Shown: in pieces, positions 63,619 through 64,000 of the stretch
How positions within the stretch are numbered: position 1 is the first letter of the stretch
How the letters are laid out: the number at the start of each line of letters is the position of its first letter
Made by a program: the position numbers and the translations under genes
From: Gnetum montanum
Lineage: Eukaryota; Plantae; Gnetophyta
DNA: 64,000 nucleotides
Assembly: GCA_015680685.1 (NCBI GenBank)
Contig: MNCI01002249.1
Span: forward strand, 844,424-908,423
Reading direction: 5' to 3'
The notes under the pieces: generated by a model
Database searches by the model: none
The model's input: only the letters and a program-made list of their open reading frames with translations
What the model was told of the DNA's origin: nothing

Positions 63619-64000
63619 CTGTTAATTTGAAAATATTATTAGTGTACAAACTTTTTTGGTATCTTCATAGTTAAAAAAAGTATGATTTTAAGATTATTAC
63701 AACCACTTGATCTATCAAAAAATCCCCAAAAATCATCATCATAAGTCATGTTTTGGGCTTGCACACATTCTTAGAAGGTATTCCCAAGCATGATGCAACA
63801 TATGAGCATCAGTTTTAATGCTTCTAGTAGTTTTGAAAACACAAAATTTTTAAGTGTCATCTTGGTAATGTTGGATGATGTTGTTGCCACTAACATCAAT
63901 GTCACATCCCAATTTTGTCACTACATCACAACACCAAAACTTGTCTCCTAACCCTAGTTTTACCACTAATGAACCTTTGGTGACCAATCTACATTAGTCC

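Overview
AT-rich land-plant nuclear DNA. The left 17 kb holds the first 8 coding exons of a minus-strand ECM29 gene (proteasome adaptor/scaffold), which continues beyond the left edge. Its introns carry small non-autonomous Copia-derived elements, an RTE LINE fragment and SINE heads. From 18.2 kb to the end is a nested retrotransposon pile: a pol-less SIRE-type Copia, a Tat-like Gypsy pol remnant and an Athila-like Gypsy family. The Athila-like family contributes 6 LTR copies, two decayed gag-pol regions, one complete internally deleted element with a TSD, two solo LTRs, and 4 copies plus 1 remnant of a ~920-codon extra (env-position) ORF. The most unusual signal is in the Athila-like LTR. Its ~850-nt region downstream of the TATA box is built from discrete RNA-like modules with compensatory stem changes between copies, a cUACGg-capped minimal copy, a variable-copy hairpin array and a 9-bp loop-to-3'-end pseudoknot. 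CGATATCG palindrome arrays lie upstream of the TATA box. All family assignments come from motifs recognised by eye; no database searches were run.
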